Shown one piece after another: positions 46,501 through 56,136 of a stretch of 64,000 nucleotides of DNA. Within the stretch, counting starts at the first letter, position 1; every line of letters begins with the position of its first letter. This stretch comes from Escherichia coli (GTDB taxonomy: Bacteria; Pseudomonadota; Gammaproteobacteria; Enterobacterales; Enterobacteriaceae). The notes beneath the pieces were generated by a model. It was not told the DNA's origin, searched no databases, and saw only the letters and a program-made list of their open reading frames with translations. The position numbers were made by a program, and so were the translations under genes. The stretch lies in assembly GCF_003019035.1 (NCBI RefSeq), contig NZ_CP027447.1; one strand, 5' to 3'.

Positions 46501-47571
46501 CTCATCAGGGTCGAAACCGCCACCGGTGAGCTGGCGAAAACGCAGCGCCGCAGCCTGGCGGATGCGCTTCAGCAGTCCGGCGGCGAAGACGGTGGTGATG
46601 TGGTGTTCCCGCCGGTGCTGGTGCAGATGCTCGACCGGCTGGAAAGTGAAATCCTGGCTGACCGGGTGAGTGAGGAAAGCCGCCGCTGGCTGGCATCGTG
46701 CGACCTGACGGTGGCGCAGATGCAAAACCAGATGGAACCGGTGTACACGCCGGCGCGAAAAATTCACCTGTACCACTGCGACCATCGCGGCCTGCCGCTG
46801 GCGCTTGTCAGCACGGAAGGGGCAACAGCGTGGTACGCAGAATACGATGAATGGGGCAACCTGCTGAATGAAGAGAACCCGCACCAGCTGCAGCAGCTCA
46901 TCCGCCTGCCGGGTCAGCAGTATGATGAGGAGTCCGGCCTGTATTACAACCGCCACCGCTATTATGACCCGCTGCAGGGGCGGTATATCACTCAGGATCC
47001 GATTGGGCTGAAGGGGGGATGGAACCTGTATGGATATCAATTGAATCCGATATCAGACATCGACCCCCTGGGTTTATCTATGTGGGAGGATGCAAAATCG
47101 GGGGCATGTACTAATGGTCTTTGCGGCACACTATCCGCTATGATAGGTCCAGATAAGTTTGATTCTATAGATAGCACCGCATATGACGCCTTAAATAAAA
47201 TAAATAGCCAATCTATTTGCGAAGATAAAGAGTTCGCTGGTTTAATATGTAAGGATAATAGTGGCAGATATTTCTCAACAGCACCTAACCGAGGGGAAAG
47301 AAAAGGATCATATCCATTCAATAGCCCTTGCCCTAATGGTACTGAGAAAGTATCAGCTTATCATACTCATGGTGCAGATAGTCATGGAGAATATTGGGAC
47401 GAAATATTTTCAGGCAAAGATGAGAAAATAGTTAAAAGTAAAGATAACAATATCAAGTCATTTTATTTGGGCACGCCCAGTGGTAATTTTAAAGCAATAG
47501 ATAACCACGGGAAGGAAATAACAAACGGAAAAGGATTACCTAATGTCTGCAGAGTTCATGGTAATATGTAA
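43531..47571 (+). CDS. rhsA: Rhs-family polymorphic toxin (RhsA-type core with YD repeats, PxxxxDPxGL boundary at residues 1173-1182, and a 164-aa variable C-terminal tip)
   Basis: 1346-aa ORF; conserved N-terminus [17 protein letters not shown]...; YD-repeat core; DPLGL at nt 47062-47076 followed by an abrupt drop in GC content. Confidence 0.93.
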   Translation: MSGKPAARQGDMTQYGGSIVQGSAGVRIGAPTGVACSVCPGGVTSGHPVNPLLGAKVLPGETDLALPAPLPFILSRTYSSYRTKTPAPVGSLGPGWKMPADIRLQLRDNTLILSDNGGRSLYFEHLFPGEDGYSRSESLWLVRGGVAKLDEGHRLAALWQALPEELRLSPHRYLATNSPQGPWWVLGWCERVPEAEKATSGGTEPSAFPDTLPGYTEYGRDNGIRLSAVWLTHDPEYPENLPAAPLVRYGWTPRGELAVVYDRSNTQVRSFTYDDKYRGRMVAHRRAGRPEIRYRYDSDGRVTEQLNPAGLSYTYQYEKDRITITDSLDRREVLHTQGEGGLKRVVKKEHADGSVTQSQFDAVGRLKAQTDAAGRTTEYSPDVVTGLITRITTPDGRASAFYYNHHNQLTSATWPDGLEIRREYDESGRLIQETAHNGDITRYRYDNPHSDFPCATDDATGSRKTMTWSRYGQLLTVTDCSGYVTRYDHDRFGQMTAVHREEGLSQYRAYDSRGQLIAVKDTQGHETRYEYNAAGDLTAVIAPDGSRNGTQYDAWGKAVRTTQGGLTRSMEYDAAGRVIRLTNENGSHTTFRYDVLDRLIQETGFDGRAQRYHHDLTGKLIRSEDEGLVTHWHYDEADRLTQRTVNGETAERWQYDERGWLTGISHLSEGHRVTVHYRYDEKGRLTGERQTVHHPQTEALLWQHETRHAYNAQGLANRCIPDSLPAVEWLTYGSGYLAGMKLGDSPLVEYTRDRLHRETLRSFGRYELTTAYTPAGQLQSQHLNSLQYDRDYTWNDNGELIRISSPRQTRSYSYSDSGRLTGVHTTAANLDIRIPYATDPAGNRLPDPELHPDSTLSMWPDNRIARDAHYLYRYDRHGRLTEKTDLIPEGVIRTDDERTHRYHYDSRHRLVHYTRTQYAEPLVESRYLYDPLGRRVAKRVWRRERDLTGWMSLSRKPEVTWYGWDGDRLTTIQNDRTRIQTIYQPGSFTPLIRVETATGELAKTQRRSLADALQQSGGEDGGDVVFPPVLVQMLDRLESEILADRVSEESRRWLASCDLTVAQMQNQMEPVYTPARKIHLYHCDHRGLPLALVSTEGATAWYAEYDEWGNLLNEENPHQLQQLIRLPGQQYDEESGLYYNRHRYYDPLQGRYITQDPIGLKGGWNLYGYQLNPISDIDPLGLSMWEDAKSGACTNGLCGTLSAMIGPDKFDSIDSTAYDALNKINSQSICEDKEFAGLICKDNSGRYFSTAPNRGERKGSYPFNSPCPNGTEKVSAYHTHGADSHGEYWDEIFSGKDEKIVKSKDNNIKSFYLGTPSGNFKAIDNHGKEITNGKGLPNVCRVHGNM

Positions 47572-47926
47572 AAAAATATTGTTTAGGAACTGTGTCATTG
47601 TATCTTTGTTTGTTTTTACATACAACACATGGGCGCAGTGTAATAATAATATTAAAATAATGCGCAAGTATGAAAGTGAGGGTAAATATACCGTTAGAAA
47701 TTTGGTTAAAAATAAAGCTATAGCATTGGAATTAGCTGAGATATATGTTAAGAATCGTTATGGGCAGGATGCCGCAGAAGAAGAAAAACCATATAAAATC
47801 ACTGAGTTAACAACAAGTTGGGTTGTTGAAGGCACCATTCACTCAGACCAAATTGCTGGTGGGGTTTTTATTATAGAAATAGGCAAAAATGATGGGGGAA
47901 TTCTGAATTTTGGCCACGGAAAATAA
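47543..47926 (+). CDS. Putative immunity protein for the RhsA C-terminal tip (small AT-rich ORF with N-terminal hydrophobic segment)
   Basis: 127-aa ORF overlapping the rhsA 3' end by 29 nt; role inferred from position. Confidence 0.5.
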   Translation: MSAEFMVICKKILFRNCVIVSLFVFTYNTWAQCNNNIKIMRKYESEGKYTVRNLVKNKAIALELAEIYVKNRYGQDAAEEEKPYKITELTTSWVVEGTIHSDQIAGGVFIIEIGKNDGGILNFGHGK

Positions 47927-48030
47927 GTATGTAAGGATAATCAAACATCGTGTGCGCTGATGGCAGAGTAGGTGGAGGACTCCAGACAGTCAAACGATAA
48001 AAAAAGATAGCCTTTATGGAGGTTCCTGCA

Positions 48031-48873
48031 ATGTCAAATACATACCAGAAAAGAAAGGCAAGTAAAGAGTATGGTTTATATAATCAATGTAAGAAACTAA
48101 ATGATGATGAATTATTTCGCTTACTTGATGATCACAATTCCTTGAAAAGGATTTCATCTGCCAGAGTATTACAGTTAAGAGGTGGGCAAGACGCTGTTAG
48201 ATTGGTAATTGAGTTCTGCTCTGATAAAAATTATATCCGTAGAGATATCGGAGCATTTATACTCGGGCAAATAAAAATTTTCAAAAAATGCGAAGATAAT
48301 GTGTTTAATATTTTGAACAATATGGCATTGAATGATAAGAGCGCTTGCGTTCGAGCTACGGCAATCGAGTCAACGGCTCAGCGATGCAAGAAAAACCCAA
48401 TTTATTCACCTAAAATAGTAGAACAATCTCAAATTACTGCTTTTGATAAATCGACTAATGTCAGACGTGCTACAGCATTTGCTATTTCTGTTATCAATGA
48501 TAAAGCAACAATTCCACTATTGATTAATCTGTTAAAAGATCCAAATGGAGATGTCAGAAACTGGGCCGCATTTGCAATAAATATCAATAAATATGATAAT
48601 AGTGATATTAGGGATTGTTTTGTGGAGATGCTTCAGGATAAAAATGAGGAAGTCCGTATTGAAGCAATAATCGGACTTTCCTACAGAAAAGATAAAAGGG
48701 TTTTATCTGTTTTATGCGATGAGTTAAAAAAAAATACTGTTTATGATGATATCATTGAAGCTGCGGGTGAATTAGGTGATAAAACGCTACTTCCTGTTTT
48801 AGATACTATGTTGTACAAGTTTGATGACAATGAAATTATAACTTCCGCTATTGATAAGCTGAAGCGTTCATAG
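48031..48873 (+). CDS. yibA: HEAT-repeat protein YibA; start at internal ATG (MSNTYQKRK...)
   Basis: ORF 48016-48873; known 280-aa protein begins at 48031. Confidence 0.85.
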   Translation: MSNTYQKRKASKEYGLYNQCKKLNDDELFRLLDDHNSLKRISSARVLQLRGGQDAVRLVIEFCSDKNYIRRDIGAFILGQIKIFKKCEDNVFNILNNMALNDKSACVRATAIESTAQRCKKNPIYSPKIVEQSQITAFDKSTNVRRATAFAISVINDKATIPLLINLLKDPNGDVRNWAAFAININKYDNSDIRDCFVEMLQDKNEEVRIEAIIGLSYRKDKRVLSVLCDELKKNTVYDDIIEAAGELGDKTLLPVLDTMLYKFDDNEIITSAIDKLKRS

Positions 48874-48883
48874 CGTGAGTTGC

Positions 48884-49040
48884 CTATGCACAGTGGGGTA
48901 TTCCCGCCGGCACGGTGCAGATGCTCGATCGGCTGGAAAGTGAAATCCTGGCTGACCGGGTGAGTGAGGAAAGCCGCCGCTGGCTGGCATCGTGCGGCCT
49001 GACGGTGGCGCAGATGAAAAAACAGATGGAACCGGTGTAC
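48884..49040 (+). pseudogene. 5' portion of an orphan Rhs core fragment, separated from its continuation by an IS insertion
   Basis: About 150 bp nearly identical to rhsA 46600-46750, ending at the IS left junction. Confidence 0.6.
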
Positions 49041-50332
49041 CAGGGAAAGATCACGTAACGCTGCTTTTTTGTACTAAACAATTCGCATTTTATGTTTAAA
49101 AATTGAGATATTCCTCATTACCTGAAGCTGTTTTTTATTGCTTATACATGATCAAATACTCCTTACATAATTAAGGAGAACAAAATGGTACTTAAAAAAT
49201 TGATGGAACATATTTCTATTATCCCCGATTACAGACAAGCCTGGAAAGTGGAACATAAATTATCGGATATTCTACTGTTGACTATTTGCGCCGTTATTTC
49301 GGGTGCAGAAGGTTGGGAAGATATAGAGGATTTTGGGGAAACACATCTCGATTTTTTGAAGCAATATGGTGATTTTGAAAATGGTATTCCTGTTCACGAT
49401 ACCATTGCCAGAGTTGTATCCTGTATCAGTCCTGCAAAATTTCACGAGTGCTTTATTAACTGGATGCGTGACTGCCATTCTTCAGATGATAAAGGCGTCA
49501 TTGCAATTGATGGAAAAACGCTCCGGCACTCTTATGACAAGAGTCGCCGCAGGGGAGCGATTCATGTCATTAGTGCGTTCTCAACAATGCACAGTCTGGT
49601 CATCGGACAGATCAAGACGGATGAGAAATCCAATGAGATTACAGCTATCCCGGAACTTCTTAACATGCTGGATATTAAAGGAAAAATCATCACAACTGAT
49701 GCGATGGGTTGCCAGAAAGATATTGCAGAGAAGATACAAAAACAGGGAGGTGATTATTTATTCGCTGTAAAAGGAAACCAGGGGCGGCTAAATAAAGCCT
49801 TCGAGGAAAAATTTCCGCTGAAAGAATTAAATAATCCAGAGCATGACAGTTACGCAATTAGTGAAAAGAGTCACGGCAGAGAAGAAATCCGTCTTCACAT
49901 TGTCTGCGATGTCCCTGATGAACTTATTGATTTCACGTTTGAATGGAAAGGTCTGAAGAAATTATGCGTGGCAGTCTCCTTTCGGTCAATAATAGCAGAA
50001 CAAAAGAAAGAGCCCGAAATGACGGTCAGATATTATATCAGTTCTGCTGATTTAACCGCAGAGAAGTTCGCCACAGCAATCCGAAACCACTGGCACGTGG
50101 AGAATAAGCTGCACTGGCGTCTGGACGTGGTAATGAATGAAGACGACTGCAAAATAAGAAGAGGAAATGCAGCAGAATTATTTTCAGGGATACGGCACAT
50201 CGCTATTAATATTTTGACGAATGATAAGGTATTCAAGGCAGGGTTAAGACGTAAGATGCGAAAAGCAGCCATGGACAGAAAGTATCTGGCGTCAGTCCTT
50301 GCGGGGAGCGGGCTTTCGTAATCTTTCCCTGC
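49041..50332 (+). mobile_element. ISAs1-family insertion sequence (Rhs-associated H-repeat), apparently intact, with 15-bp terminal inverted repeats and a 9-bp direct target duplication CCGGTGTAC
   Basis: Terminal repeats CAGGGAAAGATCACG (49041-49055) and CGTAATCTTTCCCTG (50317-50331); flanking CCGGTGTAC at 49032-49040 and 50333-50341. Confidence 0.8.
49185..50321 (+). CDS. ISAs1-family (H-repeat-associated) transposase
   Basis: 378-aa [29 protein letters not shown]... recognised as an H-rpt / ISAs1 transposase. Confidence 0.9.
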   Translation: MVLKKLMEHISIIPDYRQAWKVEHKLSDILLLTICAVISGAEGWEDIEDFGETHLDFLKQYGDFENGIPVHDTIARVVSCISPAKFHECFINWMRDCHSSDDKGVIAIDGKTLRHSYDKSRRRGAIHVISAFSTMHSLVIGQIKTDEKSNEITAIPELLNMLDIKGKIITTDAMGCQKDIAEKIQKQGGDYLFAVKGNQGRLNKAFEEKFPLKELNNPEHDSYAISEKSHGREEIRLHIVCDVPDELIDFTFEWKGLKKLCVAVSFRSIIAEQKKEPEMTVRYYISSADLTAEKFATAIRNHWHVENKLHWRLDVVMNEDDCKIRRGNAAELFSGIRHIAINILTNDKVFKAGLRRKMRKAAMDRKYLASVLAGSGLS

Positions 50333-50335
50333 CCG

Positions 50336-51109
50336 GTGTACACGCCGGCGCGAAAAATCCACCTGTACCACTGCGACCATCGCGGCCTGCCGCTGGTGCT
50401 TATCAGCACGGAAGGGGCAACAGCGTGGTACGCAGAATATGATGAATGGGGCAACCTGCTGAATGAAGAGAACCCGCACCAGCTGCAGCAGCTCATCCGC
50501 CTGCCGGGTCAGCAGTATGATGAGGAGTCCGGCCTGTATTACAACCGCCACCGCTATTATGACCCGCTGCAGGGGCGGTATATCACTCAGGATCCAATTG
50601 GGCTGAAGGGGGGATGGAATTTTTATCAGTATCCGTTGAATCCGATAACTGATATTGACCCGTTGGGATTAGCGACCTGTTTATACAGCATAACTTTAGG
50701 TATGCTTTCATGCGTTTCAGATACGCCAAGTGATGATAATTCTTATGGTGTGCTTACTATTTCAGTCGCCTCTGATAATAATGGTAATAATATGCAATGT
50801 AAAAATAATCCTGGTTGTACACACTTACAAAATAGAGGCCCAATACCTCAAGGGGTATGGAGCTGGAATGTTAATGGTCCTGGAGCAACCAATAGAAAAC
50901 CTAATGGTATACGTTTAGTACCGTCAGCAAATACAGAAACGTATAATCGTGATGGATTTTTAACACATAGTTGTTTAAACGCTTTTGGTCCATCTTTAGG
51001 ACCTCGATTCTGTTCCGAGGGTTGTATAACTGGTTCATCTAATGACATGCAAAAATTAAATGAGCTAATATTTTCAGAGCCAGATAGCACATTAACAGTG
51101 ACGGACTAG
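50336..51109 (+). CDS. Orphan Rhs C-terminal fragment (yibJ-like): last ~110 aa of the Rhs core through DPLGL plus a 145-aa alternative toxin tip with an L,D-transpeptidase-like Cys motif; GTG start in the ORF track
   Basis: N-terminal 110 aa nearly identical to RhsA residues ~1070-1180; tip contains H...SEGCITG. Confidence 0.8.
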   Translation: MYTPARKIHLYHCDHRGLPLVLISTEGATAWYAEYDEWGNLLNEENPHQLQQLIRLPGQQYDEESGLYYNRHRYYDPLQGRYITQDPIGLKGGWNFYQYPLNPITDIDPLGLATCLYSITLGMLSCVSDTPSDDNSYGVLTISVASDNNGNNMQCKNNPGCTHLQNRGPIPQGVWSWNVNGPGATNRKPNGIRLVPSANTETYNRDGFLTHSCLNAFGPSLGPRFCSEGCITGSSNDMQKLNELIFSEPDSTLTVTD

Positions 51110-51113
51110 AAAT

Positions 51114-51635
51114 ATGGCAAGGTTATTAACAATTGTGCTTTTTTTCTCTATTTCTGCGAATGCAGTTACTGTAAACCAATTTCAGAGAGAGTTGGATTTG
51201 GCAGACAAGGCAATATTATGGGCACTAATATCAGCCAGTACCCAAGAGGGACGAAAAGCGTGTTCACTTAGCTATTTTTCATGTAAAGCCGCAGAGGCTG
51301 AACTCGGACTGGCATATATGGCTGCTAATGATAACAAGGCATTTCTCACATCCTTATCTAGAATAATGATGTACAAAATAGATGCTGGACTTTCCGAATC
51401 CTATACATGCTATTTATTAAGCAAGGGAAAGATCATAAGACCATATCTGAAGAATCTAAATCCACACCAACTTGTCGCTGATTGCATTGAAACTGTAAAT
51501 AAAATAAAAGATAAAAATAAAAAAATCATTGATATAGATTCAGTTAATATTTGCAATGATAATAAAAATATAAATTGGAGAGTTAATAGTACTATTGTAG
51601 CCATTGATGATTCTATAAAATGCATCGATGAATAA
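51114..51635 (+). CDS. Putative immunity protein for the orphan Rhs tip, with cleavable signal peptide (predicted periplasmic)
   Basis: 173-aa AT-rich ORF 4 bp downstream of the orphan tip; N-terminus MARLLTIVLFFSISANA-VT. Confidence 0.5.
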   Translation: MARLLTIVLFFSISANAVTVNQFQRELDLADKAILWALISASTQEGRKACSLSYFSCKAAEAELGLAYMAANDNKAFLTSLSRIMMYKIDAGLSESYTCYLLSKGKIIRPYLKNLNPHQLVADCIETVNKIKDKNKKIIDIDSVNICNDNKNINWRVNSTIVAIDDSIKCIDE

Positions 51636-51797
51636 TAACTTAATTATATTTAAAAATATATTAATAACTCACTCTCCAGGAGTTTTTTTAACTTAGTGTT
51701 ATAATGAATACGATAATTAAAAGTGAAGAGAAAAATAGTTGTATACATATATTCCATGAACCTACATTGTGATCTATAAATTATATATTTTTAAATG

Positions 51798-52030
51798 TGA
51801 CTGTCATCCTTCAGATAATAAAGCCATCATCGCAATAGATGGAAAAGCACTCCTGCTCTTTTTTGATTAGAGCCGTGGCAGAGGAACAACTCATATCATC
51901 ATTGCGATCTCGACAATGTATAGTCTGATCCTTCGGCAGATCAAGACGGATAAAAATCCAATGAGTTCACACTCATCCCGAACTTCTTAACATAATGGAT
52001 ATTAACGAAAAATCATCACAGCCGATGAAA
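51798..52030 (+). pseudogene. Degenerate internal remnant of an ISAs1/H-repeat transposase gene
   Basis: About 230 bp with ~75-80% identity to 49480-49700 of the intact transposase gene, with frame disruptions. Confidence 0.65.
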
Positions 52031-52091
52031 TAATATGCAAAAATAATTAGTCCTTGCAGGGAGCAAAGTTCCATAATCTCCCCCGCCCCCC

Positions 52092-53228
52092 TCAATGATC
52101 CAAATAAAGATAATGCATCCAGCTGGTCATTCTTAGCAGCACTTTCCGCATCACCGAAACATGGCTGAAATGGTCGGAGTAAACTGCCACCTGGGCGTAG
52201 ATGCCGTCGGGTAAAGCATCGATATCATCGTTAGGGTCCAGTTCAATGGTTCCCAGCACACCGTCCGTGCCGGGCACGACCGTTAATGATTGCAATACCC
52301 CTTGCGCCTGATACGAACCGCCTGGCACGACAGGTAAAATACTAGTCAGTTTGCCGTGGAACACCTGCCCAGGTAGCGCGTTAAACACCACTTCCGCATC
52401 ATCGCCGGGTTTCAGACGTAACAGCGAGTTCTGCCGAAATTGGGCGACAATTTGCCGTTTTTGCTCGGGGATGAAAACCATCACCGGACGTAGCGGCAAG
52501 GCAGCTGCGTATGTACCTGGGCGGATCAGTACCTGAGTGACGTAGCCATTGCTCGGTGCGCGAATGACAGTCTGCTCAAGGTTATATTTTGCTTCAGTAA
52601 GTTGCGCTCTTAAGCTCACAATCTGCGACTGCTCGCCGTTAACCATACTGTCGAGCTGGCTCTGGATCTGCGCCTGCTCCGCCACCGAGCCTTTCACCAG
52701 CGCGTCCTGCGCGAGGAAGTTTTGCCGCGCATCGTCGATGTCACGTTCCGAGAACGGATTCACTGCCGCCTGGCTGCCTATCAGGTAACGTTGATAATTT
52801 TTAAACAGACGGTCGCGCTCCGCTGAAACCTGGGTGGTGTTGGCCTGCGCTTCAGTGAGCTGCGCGCGCAGCGTCTTTATATTATGCGTCGCCGTCATCA
52901 GGTCAGCCTGAAGTCTGTCAACTCGCGCCTGGTAACGAACCGGGTCGAGCTTAAAAAGCACCTCGCCCTTCTGAATAAGCTGATTATTTTTGTCGGTGAC
53001 TTCAGTAACAATTCCCGTCACCTGTGGCGTGATGGGGATCGCTATCACTGCCTTTTGCGCGGTAAAAGTGTAAGGGTGGTTGTAGTTCATCAACAAAATC
53101 AAACCACTCACCAGAAACACGCCTCCCAGCGCCGCCGTCGCCAGCGTCCACTGATTTACCGGAATGCGGAAGATTTTAAAGACCGCCCACGCCAGCGCCA
53201 CGTAAGTTAAAACAATCAATAGATCCAT
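52092..53228 (-). CDS. yibH: HlyD-family membrane fusion protein
   Basis: 378-aa ORF with N-terminal TM segment and coiled-coil region. Confidence 0.9.
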   Translation of the reverse strand: MDLLIVLTYVALAWAVFKIFRIPVNQWTLATAALGGVFLVSGLILLMNYNHPYTFTAQKAVIAIPITPQVTGIVTEVTDKNNQLIQKGEVLFKLDPVRYQARVDRLQADLMTATHNIKTLRAQLTEAQANTTQVSAERDRLFKNYQRYLIGSQAAVNPFSERDIDDARQNFLAQDALVKGSVAEQAQIQSQLDSMVNGEQSQIVSLRAQLTEAKYNLEQTVIRAPSNGYVTQVLIRPGTYAAALPLRPVMVFIPEQKRQIVAQFRQNSLLRLKPGDDAEVVFNALPGQVFHGKLTSILPVVPGGSYQAQGVLQSLTVVPGTDGVLGTIELDPNDDIDALPDGIYAQVAVYSDHFSHVSVMRKVLLRMTSWMHYLYLDH

Positions 53229-53230
53229 AT

Positions 53231-53593
53231 TTAGATCTCCGGGAACGTGGAATAGTCAGTCTTTTTCTCGGCGGCGAGTTGATGCTCCAGCCGGGAAATT
53301 CGGTCAGAAAGTGCGGCGATTTCCGGGTCAGTCGCTTTCTCCTGCGACGCAACATGTGACTGCATGCCCCAGCCGCGCTCCGGTTGGTAGAGCGTCGCCC
53401 AAATCCACAGGAACGGCCAAATTACATGGAGGGTAAAAAGGCTCACCCAGCCCGCAGTATGGATCGCATCGGCATGGGGATGATTACGCTTTTTGGCAAT
53501 CAGATAAGGGATGTCATGTATCGCGATGATTCCATAAAAAATCACCAGAAAGACGAAGATCAGCACTCCCAACGCGAAGTAGTTTAGAAACAT
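53231..53593 (-). CDS. yibI: DUF3302 inner membrane protein; start at internal ATG ([11 protein letters not shown]...)
   Basis: ORF 53231-53695; known 120-aa protein starts at 53593. Confidence 0.85.
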   Translation of the reverse strand: MFLNYFALGVLIFVFLVIFYGIIAIHDIPYLIAKKRNHPHADAIHTAGWVSLFTLHVIWPFLWIWATLYQPERGWGMQSHVASQEKATDPEIAALSDRISRLEHQLAAEKKTDYSTFPEI

Positions 53594-53769
53594 ATCTGCC
53601 TCGGATTCACGTTTATCAGTGTTGTTTTTGGCTGGCAGCCAGATGGGAGTCGGGCTGATATTTTGACAATAATCCGGGTTGGCGATTCTCGCCATAACAC
53701 CGAAGAATAATTTTTAGAGGTGATGAGTTGCTTAGTTACATAACGATTTTATGACGAAGGCATAACATG

Positions 53770-53985
53770 CTGCAGATCACATCAGGTGAACGCCGTAAGA
53801 AAATATCTTGTGATTCAGATCACAAAGATTCAACAAACTAACAAAACAAAAATGTGACATTACTCACATTTAAATGCCATTTTTAGCGAAAATCGCCGCC
53901 TTGTTGCTTTTTTACACAAGAGTTTTGTGATGCACATCACGTCAATTACCTCTCTACCCCCTATATTTATGTGATTCATATCACA
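53770..53985 (+). promoter_or_regulatory. mtlA promoter/operator region with a cluster of CRP-type palindromes
   Basis: TGTGATTCAGATCACA (53808-53823), TGTGACATTACTCACA (53852-53867), TGTGATGCACATCAC (53925-53939), TGTGATTCATATCACA (53969-53984). Confidence 0.65.
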
Positions 53986-54128
53986 CAAAAAGCCGTCGAC
54001 TGGACAGTTAACCGATTCAGTGCCAGATTTCGCAGTATCTACAAGGTCCGGCTACCTCTGCCGCCACATTAACAAAAAACCTCGGGCTTCCAGCCTGCGC
54101 GACAGCAAACATAAGAAGGGGTGTTTTT

Positions 54129-56042
54129 ATGTCATCCGATATTAAGATCAAAGTGCAAAGCTTTGGTCGTTTCCTCAGCAACATGGTGATGCCAAATATC
54201 GGCGCGTTTATCGCGTGGGGTATCATCACCGCGTTATTTATTCCAACTGGGTGGTTACCGAACGAAACGCTGGCGAAGCTGGTCGGGCCGATGATCACTT
54301 ATCTCCTGCCGCTGCTGATCGGTTATACCGGTGGTAAGCTGGTAGGCGGCGAACGTGGCGGCGTAGTCGGTGCCATTACCACCATGGGCGTTATCGTCGG
54401 CGCAGACATGCCGATGTTCCTCGGCTCTATGATTGCAGGTCCGCTGGGCGGCTGGTGCATTAAGCACTTCGACCGCTGGGTAGACGGTAAGATCAAATCC
54501 GGTTTTGAAATGCTGGTGAATAACTTCTCCGCAGGCATCATCGGGATGATCCTCGCTATTCTGGCATTCCTCGGCATTGGCCCGATTGTTGAAGCCCTGT
54601 CTAAAATGCTGGCGGCGGGCGTTAACTTCATGGTTGTCCATGACATGCTGCCGCTGGCGTCTATCTTTGTTGAACCGGCGAAAATCCTGTTCCTCAACAA
54701 CGCTATTAACCACGGTATCTTCTCGCCGCTGGGTATTCAGCAGTCCCATGAACTGGGTAAATCCATCTTCTTCCTGATTGAAGCTAACCCAGGTCCAGGT
54801 ATGGGCGTGCTGCTGGCGTACATGTTCTTTGGTCGTGGTAGCGCTAAACAGTCTGCGGGCGGTGCGGCAATCATCCACTTCCTGGGGGGTATCCACGAAA
54901 TCTACTTCCCGTATGTGCTGATGAATCCGCGTCTGATTCTGGCCGTTATCCTCGGCGGTATGACTGGCGTATTCACGCTGACTATCCTGGGCGGTGGGCT
55001 GGTTTCTCCGGCATCTCCGGGTTCTATCCTTGCTGTACTGGCGATGACGCCAAAAGGTGCTTACTTCGCTAACATCGCGGGTGTGTGTGCGGCGATGGCA
55101 GTCTCCTTCGTTGTCTCTGCTATTTTGCTGAAAACCAGCAAAGTGAAAGAAGAAGATGATATTGAAGCTGCTGCGCGTCGCGTTCAGGAAATGAAAGCTG
55201 AGTCTAAAGGCGCGTCTCCGCTGTCTGCGGGCGATGTAACTAACGACCTGAGCCACGTACGTAAAATCATCGTTGCCTGTGATGCCGGTATGGGTTCCAG
55301 TGCGATGGGCGCAGGCGTGCTGCGTAAGAAAATTCAGGATGCAGGTCTGTCGCAGATTTCGGTCACTAACAGCGCGATCAACAACCTGCCGCCAGATGTG
55401 GACCTCGTCATCACTCACCGTGACCTGACCGAACGCGCTATGCGCCAGGTTCCACAGGCACAGCATATTTCGCTGACCAACTTCCTCGACAGCGGCCTGT
55501 ACACCAGCCTGACCGAACGTCTCGTTGCTGCCCAGCGCCATACTGAAAACGAAGTGAAAGTGAAAGACAGTCTGAAAGACAGCTTTGACGATTCCAGTGC
55601 TAACCTGTTCAAGCTAGGCGCGGAGAACATCTTCCTCGGTCGCAAAGCGGCAACCAAAGAAGAAGCGATTCGTTTTGCTGGCGAGCAGCTGGTGAAAGGC
55701 GGTTACGTTGAGCCGGAATACGTTCAGGCGATGTTGGATCGTGAAAAACTGACCCCGACTTATCTGGGTGAGTCTATCGCGGTGCCACACGGTACGGTTG
55801 AAGCAAAAGATCGTGTACTGAAAACGGGCGTGGTGTTCTGCCAGTACCCGGAAGGCGTGCGCTTCGGTGAAGAAGAAGATGACATTGCCCGTCTGGTGAT
55901 TGGTATTGCTGCCCGTAACAACGAGCACATTCAGGTTATCACCAGCCTGACCAATGCGCTGGATGATGAGTCCGTCATCGAGCGTCTGGCACACACCACC
56001 AGCGTGGATGAAGTACTGGAACTGCTGGCTGGTCGTAAGTAA
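54129..56042 (+). CDS. mtlA: PTS mannitol-specific EIICBA component
   Basis: 637-aa [34 protein letters not shown]... Confidence 0.97.
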   Translation: MSSDIKIKVQSFGRFLSNMVMPNIGAFIAWGIITALFIPTGWLPNETLAKLVGPMITYLLPLLIGYTGGKLVGGERGGVVGAITTMGVIVGADMPMFLGSMIAGPLGGWCIKHFDRWVDGKIKSGFEMLVNNFSAGIIGMILAILAFLGIGPIVEALSKMLAAGVNFMVVHDMLPLASIFVEPAKILFLNNAINHGIFSPLGIQQSHELGKSIFFLIEANPGPGMGVLLAYMFFGRGSAKQSAGGAAIIHFLGGIHEIYFPYVLMNPRLILAVILGGMTGVFTLTILGGGLVSPASPGSILAVLAMTPKGAYFANIAGVCAAMAVSFVVSAILLKTSKVKEEDDIEAAARRVQEMKAESKGASPLSAGDVTNDLSHVRKIIVACDAGMGSSAMGAGVLRKKIQDAGLSQISVTNSAINNLPPDVDLVITHRDLTERAMRQVPQAQHISLTNFLDSGLYTSLTERLVAAQRHTENEVKVKDSLKDSFDDSSANLFKLGAENIFLGRKAATKEEAIRFAGEQLVKGGYVEPEYVQAMLDREKLTPTYLGESIAVPHGTVEAKDRVLKTGVVFCQYPEGVRFGEEEDDIARLVIGIAARNNEHIQVITSLTNALDDESVIERLAHTTSVDEVLELLAGRK

Positions 56043-56045
56043 TAC

Positions 56046-56115
56046 AATCCCTCCCTCTCCACATGGAGAGGGTTTGGGTGAGGGAAAAGCCTCACCCCAG
56101 CCCTCTCGGGTAAAA
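56046..56115 (+). repeat. Intergenic tandem hairpin element between mtlA and mtlD
   Basis: CCCTCTCC-ACAT-GGAGAGGG followed by GGGTGAGG-GAAAAGC-CTCACCC. Confidence 0.55.
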
Positions 56116-56136
56116 ACATTGATGAAGGTTAATACT

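Noticed and set aside
43868-47040. Many long minus-strand ORFs (up to 240 aa) across rhsA
   Set aside because: Expected artefact of the GC-rich Rhs core; the plus-strand frame encodes the YD-repeat protein
48884-49081. 65-aa minus-strand ORF just after yibA
   Set aside because: Antisense to the orphan Rhs core fragment and crossing the IS junction
50033-50551. 172-aa minus-strand ORF
   Set aside because: Spans the IS right end and the orphan Rhs fragment on the opposite strand; chimeric artefact
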